DNA of 64,000 nt, taken from the human T2T-CHM13v2.0 reference genome, Homo sapiens. A program made the translations under genes and the position numbers. This document shows, piece after piece, positions 26,680 to 40,800 of the stretch (position 1 is the stretch's first letter; every line of letters begins with the position of its first letter). The stretch is taken from the NCBI RefSeq assembly GCF_009914755.1, contig NC_060937.1; one strand, written 5' to 3'. The notes beneath the pieces are model-generated. The model made no database searches and was not told the origin of the DNA. It saw nothing but the letters and a program-made list of their open reading frames with translations.

Positions 26680-28635
26680 GAGGTGTGGGGGTGCGGAGTG
26701 GCCGTGGAAGGTGTGTAGGGGATTGCAGTTGGGGTTGGGTGCTGGATGTGCAGGTAGAGTATAAGGGTAGGGGGTTAAGGTGTGGGGCATGGGGGAGATT
26801 GGGGAGGTTGGGAACATGGGGCAAAGTGGTGGGGGATGGGGGATGCAGGGGTGGGGTGTGGAGTTATGGTGAGTGGGGGGCTGTAGTGGGGCGTTGGGGG
26901 TGGAGGGGGCTGTGAGGGTGTGGGGTGTGGGTCATGAGACATGGGACAGTGGGGGCTAACGGGGTGGGTGGGGTGTGGGGTGTGGGATGCAGAGTGTGGG
27001 AGCTCAGGGAGTTAGAAGGTCGAGTTAGAGGGTGTAGGTGTGGGGGCATGATGGTGGGGCCTGGGGGAGGGGGAGGGTGTGCAGGTGCAAGGTGTGAGGG
27101 TGGAAGGCTGGGAGACCGGTAGTGTGTGCGACTGTGGGGTGTGGAAGTGGGGGACTCAGGGGAGGAGTGGGGTGTGGAGGTGTGGGGCACGGGGTGGGGG
27201 GTTAGGGAAGGGTGGAATGTAGGAGGAGTTTGATGTAAGGGTGGGGGCTATGAGGAGGGGTGGGGTGTGAGGGTGAGGGTGGGGGCTTTGGGCAGGATAG
27301 AGGTGTGGGGCATGGGGTGGAAGGCTGTGGGAGCAGTGGGGTATGGGGTGCAGGGCATGAGGGTGAGGGGCTAAGGGGAAAGTGGAGGTGTGGGGCATGG
27401 GGATGGAAGATTAGGGCCAGTGGTGGGGTGTAGGGGTGTAGGGTGTTACCTGGAGGGGGAAGGTGTGGGATGCACGGTGTGAGGGTGGAGGGGTGGGGAG
27501 GGTGGGTGCTGGGCATACGGGTGGACAGTGGGGAGGGGTGGGGGCCAGGCATGAGGATGAAGGGGTGGGGAGGGGTGGGTGCTGAGTGTGGGGGTGGAGG
27601 GTGGGGAGGGGTGGGGGCCGGGCATGAGGGTGGAGAAGTGGGGAGGAGTGGGTGCTGGGCGTGGAGGTGGAGGGGTGGGGAGGGGTGGGGTGCAGAGGGT
27701 TGGGAGGGAGGGGTGAGGGAAGGGGAGGTGCTGGGCGTGGGGGAGGGGGGGTGGGGTGGATGCCAGATGTGGGGGTGGAGGGGTGGGCGGGGTGGGTGCT
27801 GGGCCTGGGGGTGGAGGCGTGGGTGGGGTGGATGCCAGATGTGAGGGTGGGTACCAGGCCTGGGGGGTGGAGGGTGGGTGAGGTGGGTGTAGGGGTGGAG
27901 GGGTGGGTCGGGTGGGTGCTGGGTGTGGGTGTGGAGGGGTGGGTGGGGTGGGTGCTGGGCCTGGGGGTGAAGGGTGGGTGTGGTGGGTGCGGGGCCTGGT
28001 GGTGGAGGGTGGGTGGGGTGGGTGCTGGGCATGGGGTGGAGGATGGGTGGGGTGGGTGCTGGGCCTGGGGTTGGAGGGGTGGGTGGGGTGAGTGCTGTGT
28101 GTGGGGGTGGAGGATGGGTGGGGTGGGTGCCGGGCCTGGGGTTGGAGGGGTGGGTGGGGTGAGTGCTGTGTGTGGGGGTGGAGGGTGGGTGGGATGGGTG
28201 CTGGGCCTGGGGGTGAAGGGTGGGTGTGGTGGGTGCGGGGCCTGGTGGTGGAGGGAGGGTGGGTTGGGTGCTGGGCATGGGGTGGAGGATGGGTGGGGTG
28301 GGTGCTGGGTGTGGGGGTGGAGGGATGGGTGGGGTGGGTGCTGGGCCTGGGGTTGGAGGGGTGGGTGGGGTGGATGCCAGATGTGAGGGTGGGTGCCGGG
28401 CCTGGGGGTGGAGGGGTGGGTGGGGTGGGTGAGGTGGATGCCGGATGTGAGGGTAGAGGGGTGGGTGCTGGGTGTGGGGGTGGAGGGGTGGGAAGGGTGG
28501 GTGCTGGGCGTGGATGGGGTGGGTGCTGGGCGTGGGGGTGGAGGGGTGGGGAAGGGTGGGTGCTGGGCGTGGGGGTGGAGGGGTGGGAAGGGTGGGTGCG
28601 GGGCGTGGATGGGGTGGGTGCTGGGCGTGGGGTGT
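26680..28635. repeat. ~2 kb extremely G-rich (GGGT/GGGG) low-complexity tract with internal block duplications
   Basis: Direct inspection; ggatgccagatgtg recurs at ~27758, 27830 and 28372. Confidence 0.92.
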
Positions 28636-29174
28636 GCACCTCCTCTGGGCTCCCCGACCTTCACCCTCGCCCTTCCCAGTCCTGGTGTCAAGGTAACTGG
28701 AATGTGTTTCTGTTTCTCTTTCTCCTTTTGATTGTTTTTCTCCCCAGAAGAGGAGAGGAAGTGTCCTTTCGGTCCCCTGTCCTGGGTCTCCTTGCTTGCC
28801 CCCACCTCCCCACCAGCCTCTGCCCTGTCCTTCTGCTCCAGAAAGTTTCCTCTGTGGAGGAAGCGTCCTGCCTCCCTTCTCTTCTCTGAAGCCTATTCGC
28901 CTGGCATTTCCTCAGCGCATGGTCCAGGACTTTAATCTCTCCTTGAGAATTCTCCATCTGTCTTTTTGAGGCATATTCTGGAAACCTCACTGGACCCTGA
29001 AGTCCATCTCTTTCGTGGGATTTTCAGTTCAGAAATCATATTTTAAACATCTTTCCTGCTCTCTGCCTGTTCTTAACTAGTATTCTGTTCTTATGTTACC
29101 TATATGCGTATTTTCTTGAATATTCTGAGGACAGTAATTAGATCTTTAACTTCATTTTTTGTTTTCCCACTTAG

Positions 29175-29609
<435 letters not shown>

Positions 29610-29816
29610 TAGATGGGATACTGTGGGTTTTCCGTGGGGTCCTCCAGGTGGAAAGGTGAGCTAGGGGTGGAAAGGTAGCTGGGGGTGGAAAGGTGAGCTG
29701 GGAGGGAATCCACAGACGGGGCGTGGCTGTGCTTTATTTAGGACAGATGGGTGAGGAGCAGGCAGCAGGCTAGCATCTCTCCCTTCCCCCGAAACACTGC
29801 AATCCACACTAGAATA

Positions 29817-30186
29817 AGGCACATATACACCATGGAATACTGTGCAGCCATGAAAAAATGATGAGTGCATGTCCTTTGTAGGGACATGGATGAAGCTGGA
29901 AACCATCATTCTCAGCAAACTATCGCAAGGACAAAAAACCAAACACTGCATGTTCTCACTCATAGGTGGGAATTGAACAATGAGAACACATGGACACAGG
30001 AAGGGGAACATCACACACGGGGCCTGTTGTGGGGTTGGGGGGAGGGATAGCATTAGGAGATATACCTAATGTAAATGACGAGTTAATGGGTGCAGCACAC
30101 CAACATGGCACATGTATACATATGTAACAAACCTGCACGTTGTGCACATGTACCCTAAAACTTAAAGTATAATTAAAAAAAAAAAA
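29817..30186 (+). mobile_element. L1PA 3' end (5'-truncated) with poly-A
   Basis: ggcacatatacaccatggaatact...gtgcacatgtaccctaaaacttaaagtataat(A)n. Confidence 0.93.
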
Positions 30187-30913
30187 GATTTTACCCTGGG
30201 GCCCTAGACCCAGGCTGCAAGCTGTGGCCACACCCAGGATGCTGACTCCAGGGCCGTGAATAAGAATCTTCTGACGCTGCCTGGGAACCTGCTGGCTTCT
30301 TGGCGGGATACAGACGCAGGCACGGGTTGCAGAGGTGACTACTGCCAGGCACTTGTTCACAGGCAACTGGAATTACCAGCCCCCACCCCGTTTTCAGCCC
30401 CACATCTATCTCCCTTTGACCTCCCAGCTCAGTGCCACTCTGGGATCCCTCAGCAAGATGACCCTGGCCTCCACCATTGATCTCTGAGCATCTCTGGCTG
30501 GGCCCCTTCACCCTGCCCCACCGCCCACACCCTTGCATCCCCTTCCACCTTTGGAAATCATTGGCCATTCTCATCTGCCAGCACCTCTATTCCTGTTCTC
30601 TTTGGGGCTACACGTTTCTCCTTGGACTTTGTTTCAATCCAACTGGGCCTGAAGAGGAGGGAGGCCCTGCATTCAGGGTGCCCAGCAGCAACTGCCCTCC
30701 ACTTAGCGGGAGTTCAGGACAGGACAGAGTGCTTAGACATCTGGGGGCATTCCAGCACTTCCAAAGACCCCGTGCGTGGTGTTCTCAACGTCTGTAAAAT
30801 GTGGAGGTGAACATTAGACTATTGCTCTCCTAAGAACTTCAGTCACGCTGAGCACAGGGGGTAAATTCATCCCTGGTCGCATTCTTGTGAAAGGCATTAT
30901 GTAGCAGATCATC

Positions 30914-33167
30914 TTTTTTTTTCTTTAATTTCATTTTATTTTATTTTAAGTTCTGGGATACATGTGCAGGACGTGCAGCCTTGTTGCATAGGTAAACGTG
31001 TGCCATGGTGATTTGCTGCACAGATCAACCCTTCACCTAGATATTAAGTCCAGCATACATTATCTTATTTTTCCTGATGCTCTCCCACCCCCCAACCCCA
31101 CGACAGGCCCCGGTGTGTGTTGTTCCCCTCCCTGTGTCCATGTGTTCTCATTGTTCAGCTCTCACTTATAAGTGAGAACACGCAGTGTTTGGTTTTCTGT
31201 TCCTGTGTTAGTTTGCAGAGGATAACGGCTTCCAGCTCCATCCATGTCCCTGCAAAGACATGATCGCATTCCTTTTTATGGCTGCATAGTATTCCATGGG
31301 GTATATGTGCCACGTTTTCTTTGTCCAGTCTATCATTGATGGGCATTTGGGTTGATTCCATGTCTTTGCTATTGTGAATAATGCTACAATGAACATACGC
31401 ATACGTGTATCTTTATAATAGAATGATTTATAATCCTTTGGGTATACACCCAGTAATGAGATTGCTGAGCCAAATGGTATTTCTGGTTCCAGATCTTTGA
31501 GGAATCACCACACTGTCTTCCACAATGGTTGAACTAATTTACACTCCCACCAACAGTGTAAAAGCATTTCTATTTCTCTACAGCCTCACCAGCATCCGTT
31601 GTTTCTTGAGTTTTTAATAATCTCCATTCTGGCTGGCGTGAGATGGTTTCTCATTGTGGTTTTGATTTGCATTTCTCTAATGATCAGCGATGTTGAGCTG
31701 TTTCTCCTATGCTTGTTGGCCACATGTATGTCTTCTTTTGAGAAGTGTCTGTTCATGTCCTTTGCCAACTTTTTAACAACAAGGTTGTTGGGTTTTTTTC
31801 TTATAAATTTGTTTAAGTTCCTTGTAGATTCTGGATATTAGACCTCTGTCAGATGGAGAGTTTGCAAAAATTTTCTCCCATTCTGTAGGTTGCCTGTTCA
31901 CTCTGATGACAGTTTCTTTTGCTGTGCAGAAGCTCTTTAGTTTAATTAGGTCCCATTTGTCAATTTTTGCTTTTGTTACAATTGCTTTTGGTGATTTCAT
32001 CATGAAATATTTGCCCGTGACTGTGTCCTGAATGGTATTGCTGAGATTTTCTTCTAGGGTTTTTATAGTTTGGAGTTTTACATTTAAGTCTTTAATCCAT
32101 CTTGAATTGATTTTAGTATAAGGTGTAAGAAAGGGGTCCAGTTTCAATTTTCTGGATGTGGCTAGCCAGTTTTCCTGGCACCATTTATTAGACAGGAAAT
32201 CCTTTCCCCATTGCATGTTTTAGTCAAGTTTGTCAAAGATCAGATGGCTGAAGATGTGTGGTCTTAGTTCTGAGTTCTTTATTCTGTTCCATTGGTCTAT
32301 GTGTCTGTTTTTGTGCCAGTGCCATGCTGTTTTGGTTACTGCAGCCTTGTCTGAGGTCAGGTAACTGAAGCATCCAGCTTCGTTCTTTTTCCTTAGGATT
32401 GTCTTGGCTATATCGGCTCTTTTTTGGTCCCATATGAATTTTAAAGTAGTTTTTTCTAATTCTGTGAAGAACGTCAATGGTAGTTTAAAGGGAATTGCAT
32501 TGAATCTATAAATTACTGTAGGCAATATGGCCATTTTCACAACATTGATTCTTCCTGTTCATGACCATGCAGTGTGTTTCCATTTGTTTGTGTCCTCTCT
32601 GATTTCCTTGAACAGTGGTTTGTAGTTCTCCTTGAAGAGGTCATTCACTTCCCTTGTTAGCTGTATTCCTAGGTATTTTATTGTCTTCGCAGCAATTGTG
32701 AATGGAAATTCATTCATGATTTGGCTCTCTGCTTGTCTATTATTGGTGTATAGGAATGCTTGCAGTTTCTGCACATTGATTTTGTATCCTGAGACTTTGA
32801 TGAAGTTGCTTATCAGCTTAAGGAGATTTGGGGCTGAGATGATGGGGTTTTCTAGATATAGGATCATATCATCTGCAGAGACAGTCTGACTTGCTCTCTT
32901 CCTATTTGAATAACCTTTATTTCTTTCTCTTGCCTGATTGCCCTGGGCAGAACTTCCAATACTGTGTTGAATAGGAGTGGTGCGAGAGGGCATCCTTGTC
33001 TTGTGCCAGTTTTCAAGGGAACGATTCCAGCTTTTGCCCATTCAGTATGTTATTGGCTGTGGGTTTGTCATAAATGGCGTTTATTCTTTTGAGGTATGTT
33101 CCATCAATACCTAGCTTATTGAGAGTTTTTAACATGAAAGGATGTTGAATTTTACCAAAGGCCTTTT
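30914..33167 (-). mobile_element. 5'-truncated L1PA (ORF2 3' half plus 3' UTR), disrupted
   Basis: L1 ORF2 peptides appear in the track ([32 protein letters not shown]). TSD gtagcag(a/g)tcatcttt at 30901 and 33169. Confidence 0.95.
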
Positions 33168-33449
33168 GGTAGCAGGTCATCTTTACAAATGTTGTATCTA
33201 CTCCTGACTCATTTTCAAAGCAGGACTCACCGTGACCCCCCCTCATCCCGCAATTGTTCCACTGCCTCGTCATTCGTCCCCAGCTTGTGAGAACGCTCAC
33301 GTTGGCCCTCCGTGCCCCTCCTGATTGTCACCCACTGGGTGAATCAGTTTCCTGAGCAAAGGTTCGCCTCCAATGAGGTCAACGCACATGTGGCAGGGAC
33401 CCAGTATGGTTTGTTCGGAAACCCGTTTCATGCGGAGCCAGCAGAAGCC

Positions 33450-33800
33450 ACGTTAAACGCACGCGTTCTTCCATCCCTCTGCTCACCGGAAGCGAGCTTC
33501 CCAAGGCGGGCACGGCGCCGCCCCCCCAGTCACGCGGCTTCCGCTTCCGGTCGTGCCCTCTCGCCTCTAACTAGAGAACGCCTCGCGGTGTGAGTGAAAC
33601 TCTGGCGGCCTCGCTAACACGCCAAACCTCTGTCCTCAGAATACGAAGGGCAAAGTGTGTCCCACTCACGCGCAGGCTTCCCCGCGGCGGCCACAGCGGC
33701 GGGGGGCGGGGGTCGTGCTCACCGTCGTCCAGTTCACCGGCATGTTTTCAATCAGCCATCACGAGCGAAGTGCTGCTTCGTGTCCACCAGGGAAAGCTTC
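33450..33800. promoter_or_regulatory. Orphan CpG-rich patch with tandem ETS/GABP motifs; candidate promoter/enhancer
   Basis: High CpG density; ccggaag at 33486, cttccgcttccgg at 33538-33550, GC boxes (cgccgccccc, ggggcgggg). Confidence 0.55.
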
Positions 33801-35201
33801 AGGGAGCACGTTATTGGCACTCAAGATGCCAGCCATGGGCTGCCTGGAACGACGGTTTTCATCATGTATGTGAGTCCTGGGACATTTTCTTCCAACAGAC
33901 CTAAGTATGTATGACACCAGCATATTACACGAAGCCGAGAGGGGGCTGCTCTGGGTGAGCGTGGAGGAACACACGACCCCTCCCACGCTCACGTGCCCAC
34001 AACCTCCAGGACAGCCCAGCCTGGGTGAACTGCAACTTCTTTAGCTCAAGGGACATCTGCTTTTCCCCAGAGGGGCCCCTGGTGCAGAAGCAAGTTGGGG
34101 AGTGTGCAGAGCCGGGAAGAAGCAAAGCGAGGGTATGGGTGGGAGGGAGTGGGAATCCTTGGATTTGGCAGAGAACAAGTAAATTTTCGGAAATCATAGT
34201 CAGCGTGGTCTCCACAAAGATGAGAGGGCAGGAACTCGATTGGAAGGGGGCCAGTGAAGCTGCTGTCAGGAAGCTCTCACAGGGCAGTAAACAGCTCCTG
34301 GCACCCGGAATAGGAGGAGGAAGTCGAGAACCCACAGCCGCCCTGCCCAGCCTGGCTCTTTCTCACCCGCCCAGGCTGCTGTGCTCCTCACGGGAGGAAA
34401 ACCCGCCTGCGTCCAGCTACCTCCAGGAAAGCAACAACTGCCCGTCCTCGACTAAAGGCCAAACCTTTTAACATTTTTGTCCTTGACCACGGCATCAGCT
34501 GTGCTGTCTACAGAAGGAACTATATTATTCCCACTTAAATAGCTCGGTGTTTCGTCAAGAGAGTGCAAACACGAGGGCTTCGGTAGAGGGAGGAGACACT
34601 GGCTCAGGAACCAGAGCTCACGGTTCCTGCTGTCTCTGCCCCTTGACCTCGGTGTGAGGCGGCTGCGACTGGGTCTCTGCTGTGTAAATATTGTGCCTGA
34701 GGGCCATTTTGACAATGACCGTTTCTACTTTAAAAACAAAGCAGACCAAGGGAGTCTCTGGTCCAGGGATAAGGTGCCTGCAGTGCTTTTCCGACACCTA
34801 AATCTCTGCTTTGTCCTGAGAGAAACAAGCGTCACGAACTTAGCTCACTGTTGGTGAAGTGACGGCCGCCAGGGAAGAGTGCAGGGATCTCAGGAGAGAC
34901 GCTCGGGTCCTTTTTCAAAACCAGTGTGATGCACGATATGTGACTACTCGCCAGAGTCTCGGGAGAGTGTGACGAGCGATGTGTGGCTACTCACCAGAGC
35001 GACTGGATTTCTGTCTGAGGCTACTGCATATGCTGGGTCTTAGCAAGCAACGGCCATGCGGCCATCAAGGCACAACAGAGAGCTCTTCTTCTAGGAAGTT
35101 CGAGGCATTAAAAATTTCCTCCACTGGGAGCATGAGCATAAATATCTTCCATATTGTTCCCAGTTTTTCTGAAGGCGAAAGAAAATAAAGAAGGCCAGTC
35201 A

Positions 35202-35592
<391 letters not shown>

Positions 35593-37653
35593 TTACCAAT
35601 GTACAAAACTAGGGGGAGACAGGAGTGACTTTACCTCACTGCCAACGCCTCCAACACAGTCTCCATTCACAGCTCAAGACAGAAAAGGAGTTTCCTGGAA
35701 GACTGCAGAGTCTGCCACAGACCCAGGGCAGCTGGACTTCCTGCAGATCTAAAGCCAGGGCTGGAAAAGCCACCCAGAGCCCATCAGGCCTCCTGGACCT
35801 GCTTCTTGGTCCCTCTTCTCAAAGTCCTCTCCCCTGAAGGCTATTTCCCCTGCCTCTGCCTCATCTCATCTCCCACAGTCTCCTAGTGTCTCTGCCAGCC
35901 ACATGCCGAGAGAACCAGCTGCGCCCCAACACTTCCAGTCTCTAAAGAGATCATTTCCGTGATCCATTCAGCTGGGCCCAGGCCGAGGGCAGGGGCAGGA
36001 GTGGTCATGTGTTAAGAACAGGGCAGACTGGGTGGGTTGTGGGTCGTGGGGAGCTGGGCAGACACCCTGCCGGGCGTCCACAACACCCGTTCCTAATGGG
36101 AATGTAACTGAAAGATAGCGGAGATGAGCTTTTCCCAGAGTTTGGGAAAAGCATAAGGAGTGAGGAAGGCTGCACCCTCACCAGCCTTCCCCAGTGACGA
36201 CGGAGCTGTACACCCTCAAGCAGATGCTGTCAACTCCTGGGAGACACAGTTTCTTTACTGAAAACACGAGCCTAGACTAGGACTGGACGGTTCTTGCTTT
36301 GTTTTTTTGTTTCTTTCTACACCATTCACATTCCATTGGTAGAAGTGCTCCTTCCATACCCGGCAGGGGGACCGAGGGGGCCATGTGGCACTGAGCGGGC
36401 TGCCAGGACCAAGGGGGCTCATCAGCCCCTTAGGTGGGGTGGGGGCATGCACAGTTTGAGCACCACCGCCGGACTCTGCACCCAGCGAGGGACCCTCTCC
36501 TCCCTGCCTCTGACCACCACTGTGAATTACAACTCCAAGCAGTGCTTCCCTGGCCACGCAGGAGGAGTTACAGGGGTTGAGGAAGCGTGGCCTAAGGAGA
36601 GGCAGATGGGGGAAGGATGTGTGCTCTGCCGTCTTCAATACTGAGGGGCCTCGTGTGCAGAAGGACGTCGTTTCTTCAGTGTGACTTCAATGGGCAGAAT
36701 TAGAATAAAAAGGTAAAGTTTATTATGGAAGAAGGTAAATCTCAGCTCATCTCAACCACTTTCTCTAAGTTAGAGTTGAGTTGACCCCCGATTCAAAGGT
36801 GCTGCTTCGGGAAGGCACAGTGCATGTCCCTGTGCTGTCTATGGCAAGAACTTGATTCAAGGAGGATGGAAGCCAGAGGCACCCAGCTCCTCCACCATTC
36901 AGCCCGAGGCCCAGGAGCACCATCCTTTCCCAGTGCTTCTACCTCTGGTCTTATTCGCCTCTTGTGACACAGCTATGATGTGACGTCCTGCATTTTACTG
37001 ATGTGGACGCTGAGGTCCAAAGACAAGCAGCCTCCCAGGGACACACGGAGCTGGAGTCCCCCGAGTCTCTGGGCTCCTGGCCGGGGTTCCTGCCGCCTGC
37101 CCTGCTGCCAGCACAAGCGTCCTCGTCGCTGTCTGGGGTGCACGCTGGGGCATGTGCTTAGTTCGTACTTCCCATTCATGGAAGAGATGATGAGCCCCAG
37201 TAAGAAAATAATTTGAAAATAATTTACTGGTGGGTGCACGCTAAGTTCCCACAAGGAAACAGACATGCAGTTCGGTGCTGAGAGCTCAGTGACCATCCTG
37301 GGGACAAGTGGTGTGGGAGCGATCACACTGCACACCAGGCCACCTGCCCCCCAGCTTCCCAGCTCACCCTCACGCCTGTCTTCCTCACCCCAGCCCACCC
37401 ACACGGCCCCTTCACCATGCACAGACCCTGGCAAAGCGCAGAGTGCCTTCACTCGAACTTTCTCAGGACTACAGCCTGCCCGGCCAGTCGGCCCTTCCTA
37501 GCCTGCTTGGAAGGTGAAGAAAGTGGTCTCCATGTCACCCGCATAAAAGGCGACGACTATCTGCTCGGATGTCATAGGCTGACCTTCCCAAAACAATCTC
37601 CCTCAGAACCAACCTAGGTGCTCAGTGTGAACTCTCACCCATTAGATTGACAG

Positions 37654-37850
37654 AGTGGTTCTCGACTGGGGTTGATTTTTGTTGCCATCTCTCCCCAGGG
37701 GACAGCAACGCCTGTAAACTCTTTGAGCTGTCACACTGGATGTGAGGCACACCTACAGCCATAGAATCCTAGAAGCCAGGGGTGCCACCCAGATCCCACA
37801 GCGCAAAGGACAGCTCCCCACAGCACAGAATTGTTTGACCCAAAATATCG
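37654..37850 (+). mobile_element. MER20 DNA transposon relic
   Basis: agtggttctcgactggggttgatttt...ccccaggggaca...ggacagctccccacagcacagaatt...cccaaaat is colinear with the recalled MER20 consensus. Confidence 0.65.
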
Positions 37851-40800
37851 CTTTTCATCAGTGGCCTTCTAAACTCTGCCTCTTAGGTGATAGGCTGCTC
37901 CCACCTAGGACTGCGTGTTAAAATGTGAAAACGGGCGGAAGCTTGGCAGCATGCACAGCTTTAATCAGGGATTCCGTCTGGAATACCTGCTGGGAGTCAC
38001 TCTCTCCAGGTTAGTGGCCATCGTGATAAGCGATTCTGGGGGAAGGAGGAGGAGGAGAAGTGGGAGGAGGTCTTGGTGCAGCAGGAGGCATTTAAGATGG
38101 GATGGACTGAGGAGCCGCAGTCGCTGGATTGGACCCAAGCCACCAAGCTGGACCACAAATGAAGCCCTGGATCCACACCTCCTCCTGGTCACAGTGACAG
38201 TTCCCACCTAGGACATCTGACCTTCTAAAGGCCAAGGCAGTTCTTTACTAAGCAGACGAATACTACTTTCTTCTCAATTTCATTTTCCTTCTCAGTTGGA
38301 GGAGAGGGTGCAGTTTGTATTTCATTGAATTTTCTCCTTTTCTTGAAGGGAAGGATATGTTGCCAAAAATACTCATGAACTGCTTCCTTGTTTTTGTGAT
38401 GGAGAAAATGATTATTTATTTTACAATTGCATCTGCATTAAGATGGCAACAAGGGGCCGTGGGCTGAGAGGTTAGGGTCCTGTCCCCTCTCTGTGGGCTG
38501 GAGAGCTTACTGGGCATCTTGCAGGTCTCCTGGACAGAGGCCCCAGGGCTCAGAAGCACACACACACATCCTGTCTAGTTTGTGGGACCCTGCAGAGCCC
38601 AGGCTCCAAGGGCTGCTGAGATGGCTCAGCACACGCGGGTCTGAGCATCAAAGGCTTCTGTGCCTTGCGCCGCCCCCGACCCCGCCTGCAGCCTCAGCTG
38701 CCCTCTGCCTTCCTGGCAGGCACTGCCCATGGGTTCTCCGCCAGGGCCTGGCTGCTTTCCAGCCTGTGCCCCAGCCCCGGAGGGACCGTCCCCTGCAGAT
38801 GACATGAGCTTTGCCTAAGGCCAGACTTGAGGACCAGTAACTAGGGACAAAAAAATAGCTGCTCAGAATAGCACAAAAGCTGTTGTTGTTCAGTTCTGAA
38901 AGTCTTACTGCATCCTATGGCCAGATGAAAAAAGGAACCGAGGCGGAGACCCCGGGCAGGACGTGGTGCTTTTGCAGACAGTAAGGGAACCAGGCAGCCT
39001 CCAGCTCTGGTGTGCTCTCTGCCCGCATGGGTCTGCAGCCCCTGCTCCCTCTCCTCACCACGGGCTGCGAGCTCTTGGCATGGCTGCCCCAGCATCGGGG
39101 TTGCCCAGGTTTCCTGGCAAAAACCAACTGAACGTTCAGATCACCTCCCTATTCAGCTGGCTTGGAGCAGAGAGCAGGAATGGTGCCTGGCCTCCTTCCC
39201 AGGCAGCCTTCCTGGGAAGCCTCCAGGGCCCTGGAAGTTGAGTGTCCGGTGCCTTCTTGTCTGTGGTCTCCTCTCTGTGATTCCCTGGGACATCCAAGGC
39301 CTGAAACAATGTGGGGCTGAGGAAGCAAGGACGCCTTCGCCAGCCAGGCGGTCAGACACCATGAGGTCCCAGGGAGGGGCTGTTCAGACACCGACGGCCG
39401 AGGGACTCTTGTTTGCTTTATAAGAGAATCCATCTTGTGAGCAGGGTGGGCTTGCAGGCAGTGGTTTTGTGTTTTTTTGAATTTCTAAGCTCAGTAGGTA
39501 TGAGATGGTGTCAGTGGAGAAGGGGCCGGCTGTAAAGATGTGATCAAGGCCTAGTTTGCACATCAAATAGATTTTCTTTAATTAACCACACAAAATGATA
39601 AAAACTTTAAAATGGCTTTCTTCCCACCTGTGAAAAGAAAAACTTCAGCTGAATTAAATCTAAAGGAGTTTAATTGAGCAATGAAGGATTCACGAATTGG
39701 GCAGCCCCCAGAATCACAGCAGATTCAAAGAGATTCCAGTGCAGTCATGTGGCAGAAGATTTATAGACAAAAAAAAGAGAAATGATGTACAGAAATCGGA
39801 AGTGAGGCACAGAACAGCTGGCGACTCAGCGTTTGCCTTATTTGAACACAGTTTGAACACTCAGCAGGGTAAGTGGCTAAAGTACGGCCACTGGGATTGG
39901 CCAAGGCTCAGTGATTGTTACAGGCTCAGACTCCTAAGTTTTCTATCTTGTCTACCTATTAAGTCAGGTTGTAGCTCATCCACAAGGACTCAAATAGAGA
40001 AGTACAGAGACCTTCTCAGGACATATTTACTTTGCTTTAACAATTCCCCTCTTTTGGTCATTTTCTCAATTTTTGAGAGATTAACCAAAACTTTAGTCAG
40101 CGATGTCACTATCACCATAGTAAATGTACTTATTTGGTCTTGAAACCCACTGGAAAATAGTAGAACAGTGAGTTTTGCAAAGGTAAGAAGAAGGACTGAA
40201 CAGAAGGCACCTCCTCATACTGAACGTCCTGTTTACAGGAGGAAAACAAAACCTGGTCTGTTCTGTCCTAGGATCTGTACGTTTCCTTCAAGTCTTTGAT
40301 TATGTCACATTTAGCACAAGAAACTCTATTTTTGTCTGATTGGGTCTGTTGGGGCCTATTGTATGAGCTCAGTTCAAAACAATGGCCTCCCATCATTTTG
40401 TTTAAAATAAATTCCCCCTTTTTGGTCAGGTTCTCACTTAGGTGAGAGTGTGACCAAAACTTAGGGCATTAGCGCCGCTCTCAGTTACCATGATTTTGGG
40501 TTTCTGGTCTCAGCACATCCCTCATAGGTTATGGTGTCCTCATGGTCACACATTTCTTTCAGCTCTAGTCATTCCAATTGAAGAGAGACCATTTGACATT
40601 CTAAAGATAGCTGCATGCAAACATTTGAAATCTTTGAGAGAATACAGTGCACCAGGGAGACTATTATTATGACTATTGGGAGGATAATACCAAGAGTCTG
40701 CAATATACTCCTTACCCAGGGTCCCCATAAACCAAACCTCCTAAAATCAAATAGATCAAAGAATGAGCTTGATAAGGAGTCTACTCACTTGACTAAGTCG

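Noticed and set aside
27202-28889. Pro/His- and Gly/Trp-rich long ORFs
   Set aside because: Low-complexity G-rich tract.
31155-33300. L1 ORF2-like ORFs as functional genes
   Set aside because: Fragmented by stops and frameshifts in a 5'-truncated L1.
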